From: Eledone cirrhosa
Taxonomy: Eukaryota
Reading direction: 5' to 3'
Assembly (NCBI GenBank): GCA_964016885.1
Contig: OZ024742.1
Location: 91,016,001 to 91,080,000 of the forward strand
Length of the DNA: 64,000 nucleotides
Part shown: positions 1 to 14,620 of the stretch, piece by piece
How positions within the stretch are numbered: the stretch's first letter is position 1
Layout: the number at the start of each line of letters is the position of its first letter
Notes under the pieces: generated by a model
What the model was told of the DNA's origin: nothing
Databases searched by the model: none
The model's input: only the letters and a program-made list of their open reading frames with translations
Position numbers and translations under genes: made by a program

Positions 1-116
1 TTGTAGAGTACATATTTACACGTTTAATATATTTAAATCTTGCCTCATTGAGTGAATAATGAGACTAACGGGGCGATACTGAATATTGTTTCCTATGGCC
101 TGTTTAACTATAGACA

Positions 117-366
<250 letters not shown>

Positions 367-1050
367 ACGCAGTACATTTAAGTGGAAATTGGATTGGATT
401 TTTTAAAGATAATCAAACAACCTGTTATATTTCTCAGCTCACTCTTACGACCTCTCGCACAAAATTACCGGAAGTGATAGATCATATAACCTTAAAATAA
501 ATGTATAAATAAAACAAATCACATTGAGGAAATCAGTGAAGAAGAAATTAATGAAAACATGTAAATACAGATGAAATAAAAAAAAAACTTAGATACATAT
601 GATGAAAATAATAACTAAACAGAATATTCAACAACAATAGAATAAGGAAATACCTTCAATTAGAAATAAGAAAGGAGGAAGCACAAAGTGTAGAAAAATA
701 ACTAGAAAATGAAAGGAGAAAATGTACGCCCAGTGGATATATCGTAAAATGCCAGTTGTGTTGCTCAAGTTACGCTTTGCTTGAACATAACTATGGGATA
801 CAAGCCACAGATATATGTTTTCACGTGTACAATATCCACCGTTAGATGACACATATATTTTACACTATATACTACCACCAATTCAATTAAGAATTGCACG
901 CAGCAAGTGTCGCAGTGCACAGGTCTGCGCATTGCTGTCCTCTAGTTCTACTAGAATCTGCCAAAGATTTTTCAAATTTCATCTTACCGTCTTAAAACAG
1001 ATAAAACCACCTTAGAAATAATATGTCGGAAACAAGAAATATGCCAAAAA

Positions 1051-1235
1051 ATAATTGTTTCTACTTTAGGCACAAGGCCAGCAATTACCCAGTGCATTAC
1101 TGGTACTTTATTTTATCGACCCCGTAAGGATGAAAGGCAAAGTCAACCTCGGCGGGATTTGAACTCAGATCGTAAAGGGACGTAACTATGCTGGAAAGCA
1201 TGGCGTCCGAACCTCTACCGATAGTACCAATCCAC
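1051..1235 (-). mobile_element. tRNA-derived SINE with MetaSINE-like core (the dominant SINE of the window)
   Basis: Reverse complement reads B-box GAGTTCAAATCC, core GCCTTTCATCCTTACGGGGTCGATAAAATAAAGTACCAG and tail GGCCTTGTGCCTAAAGTAGAAACAATTATT; about 20 copies in the window. Confidence 0.85.
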
Positions 1236-3225
1236 GATCATGGCTTGAATGCTGGTTGACGAAATTAGGCAATGGAAAAATATCCAAAGAAACATAAACA
1301 CTAATACGTTATCAGGTAACGTCCACATTTTGATGACAGTTGGGAAGTAAGTTGAACATTTTGACAGCCTATGATTATGGGGATTCGCTTGAAAACACTC
1401 ACATACGCGCACACGTTCAAACACACATACACCCACATGCTTAGATATTGTCGGGGCCTTAATTTTCTAGTAACGTCATATGATTCTCCGACTGTAAAAT
1501 TGAAGCAATATCTACAGCATAGAAAAAAGTTTAGCAACAACGATATCGACAGTAGTAGCATAAACAACAGAAGCCATATGCGAATCAAAGTAAGCGCCTG
1601 TGTGTGGTCGCACTTTGTGCTAGAATTAACACTCGAATCTCACTTTAGCTACATCTAAGTGTCCAAAAAGATCTCATTGGTTAATGTAGATTATTGCTAA
1701 AGAATGAATTTGATCGCCGTGGCCTGAATGTGTTCTGTGATACGTTTACTCGATCAGAACTAATTTGAGTATAAACAACAGCATCAATAACAAAATATAT
1801 AATAACACATATAATTAATTTTAATGAAATTATACACAGCTAAATTAGAAAATTAGAGGGACTTCTGTTTAATTGGCTGTAATTAGATATCTTGAAACAT
1901 ATATAGTGAGTGTGTCACGATTTTACTCTCAGCTGACAGTGAGTTGTATGAGAACAATATTCCACTTGTTAGTGATGTGGGAACCGATTTCGCACCTATA
2001 ACTGGAAGATATTAAGTGATCTATTAGTAGGCAATAGTTATCATATCCATTCATTTTAATGGGATAGCGACAAAAGTATTTTCCGCACAAATAGAAACAA
2101 ATTGAAGGCTTTGTTACTCATAACTGTGAATTATATTATTAATCAATTCTATCTAAAGACAAGAAAATCTCGTCAAAGTGATAGTTGCATATGTCAATAC
2201 ATATACTCTCAAATGCATAGATAATCACATAAATCTAAAATCATACTCTACAAAGTCAGTCGACATGCTAGAAAGTTAAAGTTCTCTCAAATCACACTCC
2301 ACCTGCTTAGCAAATTTAAAGTGCACGCTGTAAAATGTAATCTTACAGTCACCTCAAAATACAGAATGGCAATGACGGGATGTATTTTATCATAAGTTTT
2401 CTTAATCAGGCCGATGTTCATTTATACAACAACAAAACAAAGTTGTTATACTCATGGTAAACTATGTAACGTCATGCAACAATGTTATCGGATATATCAT
2501 TATATAAAACATGTTTATTTTTTTATTATATTAGAATATGTTTCAAATATGTTTAGTCGCTTAATAGTAGTTATATACTATTATACCCAAGACAATTGGT
2601 GAACACGCTTCTGCCTTACAATAGAAGCAAAAGGCTCGTGAAACCTCTCATAAATTCGTCCTCATCGAAAATATATCATGTGTCGCTTATTAATGTTTTC
2701 CAATAGAAGCGAATCAGTATATGTAATCAAAGGTCAAATGCTAAGCGAACTACGATCAAATATAACCTTGAAAGAAGTTTAGTCTAGTTTTGATATTAAA
2801 AGTTTAATCACATTATGAAATAGTATTGCTATTAACTTAGACGAGACAAAGATTAATTCAAGCGAAAACTTTTCTTAAGTTTATTACACACTTACCCACA
2901 TGATGGGTGTATAATGCTTTCGTGGTCAAATGGCTATTAATAGCCTAACATGGAGCACGTAGACAGGGTCTTATTTATAATTCACGCACATTCTACTACT
3001 GTCCAGCCTGTTTGAGTAGTATAGCTATTTTTCTTTTAGAACATTAAGATTCTGTTAGTTGATTGTTGACGCAACGATCAAACTGGACAGAGCACAGGAC
3101 TTCAATCAGCTAACTCCTTGCAATAGGTTTTTTCCAGGTAGGTGAGTTAACATCAATAACAACTACAGTATATACATATATTGATATATTTCTGTATCAG
3201 AAACACCACAAAATTGTTCGCACAC

Positions 3226-3258
<33 letters not shown>

Positions 3259-3583
3259 CAAACATATAGTTATTGGAAATAAATGTGTGCATTAGCAATG
3301 ATATACACGCATATATCCATACAAACCCTTATAAACATACACGCACACACATGCATACACATACAAACATACACAGAATAAGCAAATCATCGTGTAAGCA
3401 ACACGAAGAAAGTCATAGCAAATCAAAACAAAAGCAAAAGCAAGGACAAGAAAAAACATACAAGAAGACCGCGATAAAGTGGATCGAAAGAATCCTGCTG
3501 ATTTGTTTGTTCCAAAACATTTATTAAGAAGATGCCGGTCGATTATTTTTCACAGAAAATAACTGAAAAAGCGCGGGGAAAAG

Positions 3584-3626
<43 letters not shown>

Positions 3627-4133
3627 AGAAGAAGAATGCAAGGCAAAAGAATAAAAGTAAGATAGGACAAGGAAAAATGGGTTGATTTGCTGCCTGGTTG
3701 GTTGCAAGGCAAATACGGGACAATTGCTGTAAACAAACATTTGCTACGCTGTCCATTTCTATAGAGAGGAGAATGCCATGCTACAGGCCATAACAATAAC
3801 TAAACTGCGTCTATCTGTCTATCCAATCTATAATCTGCAAATCCCCGTCCCCCGACCGACGGACCGTCAAAAGGCAACCAACTGCTTCATTCACTTCTCT
3901 TCACTGACAAAACATGATAAGAAAAGATAGGCATCGCCATCATTTTTGTGAATTTGGTTTGGGTTAGAAGAAGAAGAAATCCTATTTTGTTACTCTTCAC
4001 CATCAGAAAGAGAGATAGTTTAGTATTTCACATAATCGATGAGGATTTTGCAATGTTTTCATTGACTGTTGCGTGTTTATTCATTAATTTATATTCATTT
4101 ACTAATTTATTTTGACGCAATCTTAACAGACAC

Positions 4134-4136
<3 letters not shown>

Positions 4137-4165
<29 letters not shown>

Positions 4166-4290
4166 CTTCTTCTTCTTCTTCTTCTTCTTCTTCTTCTTCT
4201 TCTTCTTCTTCTTCTTCTTCTTCTTCTTCTTCTTCTTCTTCTTCTTCTTCTTCTTCTTCTTCTCCACCTCCTCCTCCTCATCATCATCCT
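4137..4290. repeat. (TTC)n microsatellite grading into (CCT)/(CAT)
   Basis: Directly visible; similar tracts at 7663-7750, 10797-10838 and 25965-26128. Confidence 0.98.
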
Positions 4291-5256
4291 CCTCTTCCGG
4301 TGAGGATAGTTTCTTCACAAAATGCACTGTATGTCACGACGGTTCTCCTCCGACTCCATCAGCAATTTGAGAGTCAAGGAAGTATATTTGATTTTCTGCG
4401 TTTTCAATATCTTCGTTTCTACTGCGCCCTCTCAACGTCTTGAAACATTAAAGCCTATACGCCATCTACCACAAATAGCAGCTAAATCTTCCCATGTTAT
4501 ACTATGCTATCTTAAAATGGAAAGGTGATATTGGATAATGCAATCCTAGATGTACTCTATTTGAAAGAAAAAAACACATACTTGATATTCATGGACCAAC
4601 ACCTTTCACCATAGGTACTATTGATAATCTGCAACCAACCGATATGAGTCTTGTGTTTATGGTCATTTGTACGTAATAGAAGCGAATCAGTATATGTAGT
4701 CAAAGATCAAATACTAAGTGAACTACGATCAAATATAACCCTGAAGGAAGCTTAGTCTAGTTTGATTCAGTAGTAAATAAAGCCTGAAGAAATTATTTTA
4801 TCCATACTTAAGATCAAATAAAGGAAGATTCATATTAAAATGTAACTGCATTCCAGATCAAAGTAGTTAGAATCAAGATAAAATGTTGATTGAGTTTTAA
4901 ATAATTATTGTGTGAAATTATAAGTTTTTGAGTAATCAAAAGTTGCTGTTATTTTTTTATTCATAAATTATAAGATATTCATGAAAAGCTGACAGGAAAC
5001 ACATCTTTCATTCAAAATATTTAATACTTAAAAAAATATTTCAAACGAATGTTTAAAATATTTCTTTATCGTTTCTATTATAAATGTGGAAGAAGTGACT
5101 ATCTGGATGGTTGTACAGTCGACACCACAGATGTAGATCTAAGGCTACAAACTAAAAATAATTACTATAAGCAAACACACATACACACATTATACAGTTT
5201 CAAATAATGTACTTATATATTCGTGTAGCTAGCTACATAACAGGACAGATGTGTAG

Positions 5257-5325
<69 letters not shown>

Positions 5326-6492
5326 TGTGTGTGTGTATGTGTGTGTGTACATGTGTGTGTATGTGATGTGTGCGTCCGTGGAAAGAAAAAATTATTCAAT
5401 GTAATGTAAATATTTCTGCAGCTTTTGATCCATGTCCACTTAATTGTTTGTGTAGATTTTTTCTTTAAATGTGATTTATATGAAATAAAGTGTTCAAAAT
5501 AGCAAGGGCAATTTTCTTTCCATAATTTGTTCGTCACGCCATCTGGTGTAAAAATACTTCAATTCGTTGAGATTGTGATTGGTCAGTGATGGTTAACTAG
5601 AGAAACAATGTTCTAGTCAATTAAGGAGGGACAATGATGACAACTGAAGGAACACATCATAAACAATAACGAAACAGGGAAGATTTGTGAGAGAGAAAGA
5701 GAGAAGGAAGTGATGCAGTCGGTTGAAAACTCTCTGTGTAAGACAGAGTAAGAGGATGGTTAGCAGAGATTTTGTATAGATGTGACAAATAGAGAGTTAC
5801 TAAGGACAGCAAGCGAGAGAGAGAGAGAGAACAATGTGGAAAGGGCAGACTACTGAAATAAAAAGAAGAGAAAAAACAAAAGTGTAAGCACTAAATGAGC
5901 CAGAATAGGGGGAAATGGGAGGGGAGAGAAGGCGAAGGAGGAGAAACATTTGAATGAAAAGGCTATGGGGGAAGATATAGTGGTTGAAACTAAAATGTTG
6001 GAAGGTTATTATTGTTTTGCCTTCGGCAAACCTTAATTGAACAGACCTATTATCAAAAGGATTCCATCAGTGACCATCCCTTCATGATGTGGGTATTTAC
6101 GATTACGTTATCTAATGTATCCTTCTCACTTCTTAAGCATATGTTGTGAGAATTGAAGGAGATTTGGTAACTATTTCTAAAATGATTATTTCTAGTTGTC
6201 TCTTTGATGGATGGAATGGAATATTAGAAATTAAGAGAAATAACACATAAGTGTTTTGAAGTGAATACGTAAAACATGTGAGAAGAGTTCTACTTCTTTT
6301 ACGTGCGTATAAGTTGGACTTATCTAAATCAGGGATCTGTTTCCAGTGCCCACCGCGAGGAGCTTAACACACTTTGATCAAATATGATTCTAATCAGTGT
6401 GGGTGAGGGAGAGGGAGTGTATGTATGCCAATTTATGGGTGAAAGGATGGGTAGTGAGTCATTAAAGAATCATTTGAATAACTCCATATATA

Positions 6493-6665
6493 ATAATTTC
6501 TAATCTAGGTGCAAGGCCAGCAATTTGGTTGGAGGGAAACGTCGATCACGTCGACCTCAGTACATTATTTTATCGACTCCAAGAGGGATTTGTACTCAGA
6601 ATGTAAAGAACCCTAACTAAAAGACGCAAAGCGTTTTGCTCTAACAATTCTGTTGATCCGCCGTC
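6493..6665 (-). mobile_element. Degenerate copy of the dominant SINE
   Basis: GCAAGGCCAGCAATT, TTTTATCGAC and GGGATTTGTACTCAGA blocks match 1051-1235. Confidence 0.65.
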
Positions 6666-8565
6666 CTGAATACTTCTAATATATAAATAAATGTGATTGG
6701 TTAATTAGGCTCAGATCAACTAACACAAAAGCGTTCAAGGTATGACCCACATAGAAATGTATGTCACTAGAACTAGATTATCCAATGTTGGTAGAGTATG
6801 GTTTGAGAGAAATTCGCTCACTATTTCTGACTAAGTGGTCGTGTATAGGGTATATGGGTGGCCCATCCTGGATGTGCTTATATAGGAATAAGTGTTTTTG
6901 TTGTATCACCCTTGCTCAACCATGTTAGAGTTGACATATGGTGGAAGGTGTTCCAGCCATGAGCATATCATATTTTCCTTAGTGGAGTGGGGATGTAAGG
7001 TAAAGGATAAGTTAGTCACATTGCTGTCAAATTATCTAACATACACTTTTCTTTATTTCTATGAAGACATGGTGTGGTTTGATAGAGATTTGGCTGTTAT
7101 TTCTATTGGCTCGCTCGTTCATCTAGAAGGTCTTTCTCTAACTATATAATGGTAAAGAATAGATAAATAAACTACAAAATATACATCAGTATTTCAGTTC
7201 AACGATACAATTCAAAAAGGAAAATATATAAAATATTTTAATATTTAATCTTACATCAGCTGTTGATTTCGATCATCATCATAATGGATGTTTCTTGTTC
7301 TGAGCTAGCAAAACTAAAGTTGTATTCACAAAACGCCTGGGACAGATTACAAAGTGTTCATAGAAACTGTAGAAAATAAAATGATTTAAAGCTAAACTTC
7401 CAATCCAAGTCTCTCTAAGTGTGCATGCACATGCGATGCGTGTGTGTGTGTGCGCACGGGGAATAGTATGTGCGTAGTATTAATTATAACCGGTCAGCGA
7501 CGCTGTTTCGGCTCACGATCAATGAAATTTCATTTCGATTACATTGATATAGAGTTTGAAAATAGCATGAGCCTCACTACATCCATTCGACGAATGTAAT
7601 CACTGACATCTCTTGTACCTCGTAAAAAGGAATTCATTGAATGCCTAAAATAAATCTAATTATCTTCTTCTTCTTCTTCTTCTTCTTCTTCTTCTTCTTC
7701 TTCTTCTTCTTCTTCTTCTTCTTCTTCTTCTTCTTCTTCTTCTTCTTCTTCTCGTTCTTGTACATTTTAAACACACGGAAAACTACACGGACACTATGAG
7801 AGAGAAACCCGTACCTACATATCATACTCATATGCGTGTGTGTGTGTGTGTTTGATAGTGTATGTGTATGTGTGTGAAATGTAAACGGAAAACAACTCAG
7901 GAAACGATACAGTACAATGAAGATATACAATAGAATAAGAAATAAAAGAATAGAAAGTTAAAAGAAATTGAGAAGAAAAAGAGACGGAAAAACTTTTGGG
8001 AGTAAAAACACGCGTGTTAAGTTGGCCATTGTGGGGGAAGAGCTGGTCAGAATGTATATTGTACATAAGAGAGGTTTTGCAAAGGAAACATTGCAATATG
8101 TGGGGCAAAAATTATAGAGAATTATTATGGCTTCCTAGCTGAATATCCAAAGGAAAAATAGATATCGCTATCACTAGAGAAGCAATTCGTATACTTCATG
8201 GGTAGCTAACTGCAGTTAGCTACTCATGAAGTTATTGGGTGTGAGTCCTGCGTACTTATTTCATTGACCTCCATTTGTAAAACAGCTTTTTTACTGGTAC
8301 AGACAAACAGTAAACCTCAATACACATGCACACACGTACGTATGTATGTATATACGACGTATGTATGCATACACGTACGTATGCATATATATTTCCGGTC
8401 TACCAAATTTCACCCACAATCTATTGGCCAACTCATGGTTATATTACTATAATAGAAGACATGTCTAAGGTGCCGTGCACACACGCATACATACGTACGT
8501 ATACACACGCACACGCACATAAACACTTATATATAAATACACACAAATATATATTTATATATATG

Positions 8566-8646
<81 letters not shown>

Positions 8647-8652
<6 letters not shown>

Positions 8653-8848
8653 AAACTTTGGGAGGGTCATGCTAGCAATAAAAACACACGCACCTGTTGG
8701 TTTTCACTGCAATTTATTATAAACCTCCAGTTGGTTGGCCCAATAACCGGATGGTTGTTTATATATTGTCAAAGCTCTTTCATCCCACATTCTGTGGCCT
8801 CCTCAGTAACTAATTTTTTATTTTGTCTCTCCTTTGTTCTGTCCTACT
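8647..8848 (-). mobile_element. Older solo PLE pseudo-LTR (same family as 21641-22994) next to a (TA)n tract
   Basis: TTGTTAAACTTTGGGAGGGTCATG...ACACGCACC and CTCCTTTGTTCTGTCCTAC are shared with 21641-21886. Confidence 0.8.
8768..8810 (-). ncRNA. Hammerhead ribozyme motif (type I, decayed)
   Basis: Minus strand: GTTA-CTGAGGA-gg CCACA gaa TGTGG gat-GAAA-gagc-TT-TGAC. Confidence 0.55.
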
Positions 8849-9629
8849 AAACAGACTATTAAAAGCAACAGAAAAGGTAGAAGAAATGGGAAAATAGAAA
8901 TGAGAAAAAGAAAGCAGGAGCAAGAGACGAAAGAAAGTGGAGAACAGCCATCCCACCTCAAAGGGCTCCCTCCTCAAGCGGGCCGCCGTCTATCCAATTT
9001 TATGGGCTAGCATGTTCTTCGTGAAATGAACACATCTAAAGGGACTTTCGATCGTGTACGTGAGAGGATAATTTCATTCAATCTTTTTCGTCTCATTTCT
9101 CTCTCTCTCGCTCTCTCTCTCACTCCCTCTGAATGTATGTATGTGCGTGTGTATGTATGTGTGTGTATGTGTATGTGTGTATGTGTATGTGTGTGCGCGC
9201 GCGGGGACTTATGTGTCTAGGGGAAATAGCTCGAAATGAAAGGAAGATTTAAGGTTAAATTAAGTGGGAGGGGTAGAAACCTTGCAATATAAGAGGATAG
9301 AAATAAATAAAAGAAAAGGGAAAGAATAGATAGAAAACAATAGAAAGAAAAATCAAGAGGGTAGAAAGACGAAGAGAGATAAATGCAGACGATAAAAAAA
9401 GAAGAAAGCATACCTGAATAAATGCATGAATAAAAAAGAATGAATAAAAGAGAATGAATAAAAGAGAATGAAAGAAAGTAGAAACAAAGAAAGACAGGAA
9501 TAAAGAGGTAAAGAAAGCAATAGAACGAAAGAAAGTAAAAAAAAAAAAGAAGGAAAGAAAGAGAGAGTGGCTGAAAAAATAGGAACGAGCATGAAATGAA
9601 AGGAAATAACTGTGCGAAAGCAAATAAGA

Positions 9630-9690
<61 letters not shown>

Positions 9691-9859
9691 GAATAGCAAT
9701 GGAGGAATGAAATAAGATAAGTGAAAAGACAGAAATATAAGGTATGAATCAAGAAAGTAGAATAGAATAGAATATAAAAGTAAAAGACATTTAATTTGCG
9801 TAAAAGTCACGAAGTCCTTTCAATATCTATCTATATAGTTCATTGTCATTGCATGATAC

Positions 9860-9891
<32 letters not shown>

Positions 9892-9895
9892 GTAC

Positions 9896-9965
<70 letters not shown>

Positions 9966-10737
9966 CGTGTGACACAGCGGGTGAATAATACTGAAAGTGA
10001 GATCACATTTTTTCATTGTTAGTAACCAACCAATTTACTAACCCCCCATTAGGTATTTTGGGTGTCAAAGAATGCCGATTACTAAAACAGAATCTTTTTT
10101 GTTTGTCAACGGGATATGTGCGGTGCTGTGTTTTAACTGGTCTCTTTATGATGTAGGAAATGTGGGTCGGGAGGGACAATTTTATTCCGTCTTTAGGTAA
10201 GATATTTCATTCTCGAAAGATAATTACTAAAGTATAAGAAATAAATTGGTGTATGCGTTAACACAAGCCAAGCCAATAACGAGGAAAAGGTCGGGTGAAT
10301 ATAAGTACTTCAATGGAAAGAAATATATACCACTTCCTGATGACAGCCCCTCCTTATAACGTGAGCTCTACTCCAATGTACCTCATCTTTCTCCCTTGCA
10401 AACAGTAAAACATTATACCAACTAGGTTAAATACTTAATTCCTGTTTTATGAGTCATGAGACACTCTGGAATGTGTTGTCTCCCTTGATGAGACATTTAT
10501 GTTTCAGAAGACGTTGGTGAAATAATTGTGTAAAAACTGATTCCTAACGAGCTGACAACTGTTAAAAGAGAACTGTGTAATATAGGTAACCAATCAATCC
10601 CCAACAACGTGATGGATAAAAGGTAAATTCAACGTTTTCGCTGAAATTGGAACAAATTGTGTTATAAACAATCAATAATAATTTTTTAAAAAATACTAAT
10701 ATACTGAAATAATAGTAAATTCTATGTGTTCTTTCTG

Positions 10738-11010
10738 TTTGAAATAGCCTCTATATTTCCCACAAATCACTCCCGTTTGGCCATCTTAAAAGATATCTTC
10801 TTCTTCTTCTTCTTCTTCTTCTTCTTCTTCTTCTTCTTGCATGATTAGGGGAAAATGATATCTGATTTACTTTTAGAGGCAAGAGACAACAAAGAAGATG
10901 TTTCGGTATGTTTTCTAAATTGACTATACTTAGAGAGAGGTGATGTAGTCAAAGATGGAATGCCTTCGACCATGGATCTGTTTAATTAGCATTGACCTGG
11001 GCTAACAACA
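10738..11010 (+). repeat. Old dispersed repeat family (unclassified)
   Basis: GAAATAGC...CAAATCAC and GGAATGCCTT..CATGG.TCTG..TAAT...GACCTGGGCTAACAAC motifs recur in degraded form near 2265-2435, 4465-4640, 6010-6180(-), 7010-7110(-) and 14975-15150(-). Confidence 0.5.
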
Positions 11011-11337
11011 TTGATATATTTTGTGATATTACAATTCCAATGAATCTCAAGAATCGAATTACAACGGATGGCAACATTTTTCGTAAACACTGGATTATGT
11101 TCTGGAAAACAATTTTATTTATTTATTTATTGGTGAGAAATAACAAAAATATACATTAATGTTACATGCTACTTGACTCACTGTTGACTTGTGTATTCGA
11201 AAGTAAAGAAAAATACCTAAGAATCATAATTATTTGAAATAGAGTATTTATTGAGAATTGGGAGGATTTGGACGAATATAAGATCTGGATCAATGTTGTA
11301 AATATAAATACATATATATATATATATATACATACAT

Positions 11338-11386
<49 letters not shown>

Positions 11387-11390
11387 CAGA

Positions 11391-11489
<99 letters not shown>

Positions 11490-11493
11490 AAAA

Positions 11494-11700
11494 GGTAAAC
11501 AGAAATATCAACACAACCGGTACAGTATATGAAAGAGATATATTAGGTTAACGCTTGATATAGCAGGAAGAGGGTCTTAACGTTTCGGACGCTAGTCCTT
11601 CATCAGAAGAAAGCAGGAGAAATAAGATAGATTGAGGGGACGGGCGGGTTGGAATTGGAAAAAATGTCTTTAGATAAAAATAACAGGTCCATTCATGTTG
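11494..11700 (-). mobile_element. PLE-type pseudo-LTR fragment carrying an HHR, beside a (TA)n tract
   Basis: Contains a minimal HHR and abuts a TA/TG microsatellite; right boundary uncertain. Confidence 0.55.
11575..11610 (-). ncRNA. Minimal hammerhead ribozyme (dimer type)
   Basis: Minus strand: TCTT-CTGATGA-a GGAC tagc GTCC-GAAAC-GTT-AAGA; loopless palindromic stem III (ACGT). Confidence 0.75.
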
Positions 11701-14145
11701 ACTTCTCTTGCAAATCTGTTGGTGCTGGCGTTTTGTGTATGCTTTATTTTTTAGAAAAGTGGATGATGGAGCACGTCTACCTGAAATGGAAAAAAGAGCG
11801 TTTTGTAAAAAGAGCTATACTTGTGCACGTGCGTAAGCATTGGACGAATATATGATCTGCATCAATGTTGTAAAAATATATATATATATTTACAACATTG
11901 ATCCAGATCTTATATTCGTCCAAATCCACACACACACACAAATAGACATATATATATATAAACAAATTCTTCTCTTATCTCCTATTTTGCAGAAACAAAC
12001 CTCATCAGAAAGCGGGAGTGGAATAGTAACAGTATCGTAACATAGTGATTAATGTCAAAATTATTACGACTTATAGGAATAGATACACACGAGAGCACAG
12101 GCATCTATAGTACGTCATTCAATGGAAAGCAAGAATAGAATAGAAACAAACCAACCATTAGTGACGAACGACAAAAGTATTTCGGGATATGGGAATAGAC
12201 ATACAGTATAACAGATAGAAAATACAGTGTGAGTAGAGATGTGAATGAGTGTATACACACCCACGTAGATATTTACGTTGGGACATAAGATGACTGGTGG
12301 GAAATAAGCTATTAAAACTGCTGCTATTGACTGGTCTTGAGCCATATCCTCTCAGGAATACTCGACTCACTCACCCTTCCTCTTTCCACCTCTTATATTG
12401 TTTCCATGCGACCAGATTCCTTATCTCTAGTTCTTCCTATCGAGAACATCACCCTCCTGGAGCCCGCAGCTCGTCATTAACATTGCACATGTCTTTTTTA
12501 TTTCTAATATATCAATTGACAGACAAACTTTAAAAAAAGAATATTAGCCAAATCGATGAAAAATAAATAAAACAGAAAAAAATTGTTTCAGCTAACTATT
12601 TATTCTTCTCAATTAGACCCAATTATTTATATGTTAGGAAGTATGAAGGAAGTAGTGATCTTCCTGACATTTGCAAGTATATTTTTCGAAAAGCGTTAAA
12701 ATACCTGTCTATTTGTTTCACAAAGATCTTACCTTCTACTCAACAGCAATCGCCACCTATCTTTATAGTAAATTAATGTAATGGATATACAATATATTTT
12801 CTTGCATTCCTCAATTGTGACAGAACAAACTACTAAACTCAATTGGGGGTCTCGATGGCGAGATGTCATTTTTACATGAAAGATTTAAGGTCAAAGGTAT
12901 TAAATCAGCATGATAACTTGGCTCTTTTTTTTTCTTATTTACGTCCGTTTCATACCTCTGGCAATTCCATTTCAGCCTAGATTTCACTGGTCCTTGAATT
13001 GACTGTTGGCGATAGCAAGGTGACTACAGGATAGCTACAGGGTCCTAAACATCAATTGAAATCTGAAACTGTCATTCCTAATACGTTATATATTCGGACA
13101 TTTGAATTTATTTAATTACCGATATGAGCAGCTATCATTTCTACTTCATCGTTGTGGGGTTTTTTTGTTGTAGCTGTCAATGTTGATCTACGAATATTCC
13201 TTCTTGTCTGCTGTTTGTAAAAAAAACTGTTAGTGTGATATTTAAACCTGATACGCAGTTTGCTATTGATGGTATGGAATAAGTTTCACTGACTTTTCTA
13301 GAAAGGTATTAACATTGCACACTCTCATATTTTATCGTACTCTACAATAACAATGCCTTCTGTAATAGATATTGCACACATAATTAAACAAACAAAACAT
13401 ATCATTTCTATTTTTCACACAAAAGTTTATTAAGATATATCACTCCAGTATTAAAGTATATTTCATCCGAGCTCTATAGAATTTTTACTAGTAATATAGA
13501 ATATTTTGTACATATAAATATATTGGTATATATTTTATATAAAAAAGATAACGTGCTGTCTCTAAATCTCCTAGCATCCCATCATATAGTTTATTGATAC
13601 TCTAAAGATATTCAATAGAGTTTATTCTTTGCTTTGGAAAATCTTCAGAACGATACTCAGATGGAGAATGAATAATATCATATGAAAAAAGCTAACACGA
13701 GTACGGGCGAAATCGAAACCAAAAGACAGGAATATTTCTTTTAAAAGAGACAATGCTGTACTGAATAATTCTGAGACATTTTGATTGGGCTATATACATT
13801 GTTCATCTTTCTTGTTGAGAACAAGAAAGATGAACAAACCTGCGTCAGCACTTAATTTAAAAAATGTAATTCTTTTTAATTCGTTTTAATTGTAATATTC
13901 AACATTTGATAAGATGGATTACACTGATACATCGAAACCGGTTATAATTTATCTATATTATATACATTATAAAACTCCTTTTTTTTTAAAGAAGAATTGT
14001 TCCTCTCATTTTTTCAATAATGTCACTTTGATGAATCAAAGAAGAAAAAAACAAAAATAGATCCTTTAAATATACTTTTCGTGCTATTTCCAATTCCATT
14101 TTTTCTTTATAACCTCTGTTTTGTATAGAACCTCATTCCGTTTTT

Positions 14146-14227
<82 letters not shown>

Positions 14228-14249
14228 ACTCTACATGTGAGGAGAGGTC

Positions 14250-14620
14250 CACTGAAGCAGGTGGAGAAGTATTTCGGGGTCGTGTTCACGTATGATGGAA
14301 CCCGGGAGCCTGAATTAAGTGCAAGAATTGCAAGAGCTGGTGCAGTATCCTACCAGCTTCTGCATTCAGTAATCAGAATAAGGGAGGTAGACGTAAATTC
14401 CAATCTCGCGATCTTCTATTTCGTACTGGTGCCAACTATGGTCCTGTATCTTGGAGAACGATCGAAAGAATACGATCGCGAATACAATCGAGAATACAAT
14501 GGGGTTTCTCCGTAGGGTCTTTGGAGAAACGTTGCTCGATAGATTGCCTAACGCAGAGATCAGAGAGCCGCTCCAGGTAAAACCGCTACTTCTTCGAATT
14601 GACATATTCGAAATTTCACT
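14250..14620 (+). mobile_element. RTE-clade LINE fragment (post-RT region), frameshifted
   Basis: LKQVEKYFGVVFTYDG..E.SARIARA then MGFLRRVFGETLLDRLPNAEIRE; homologous to 55645-56140. Confidence 0.75.

Noticed and set aside
10337-10380. CTGATGA as an HHR core (also at 4784, 12002(-), 20311, 59739(-), 63369)
   Set aside because: No correctly placed GAAA/NUH or no closing stem I.
13905-13950. CTGATACATCGAAACCGGTT, HHR-like
   Set aside because: The core is broken (no G8/A9) and stem I is out of register; at most a very old PLE relic.
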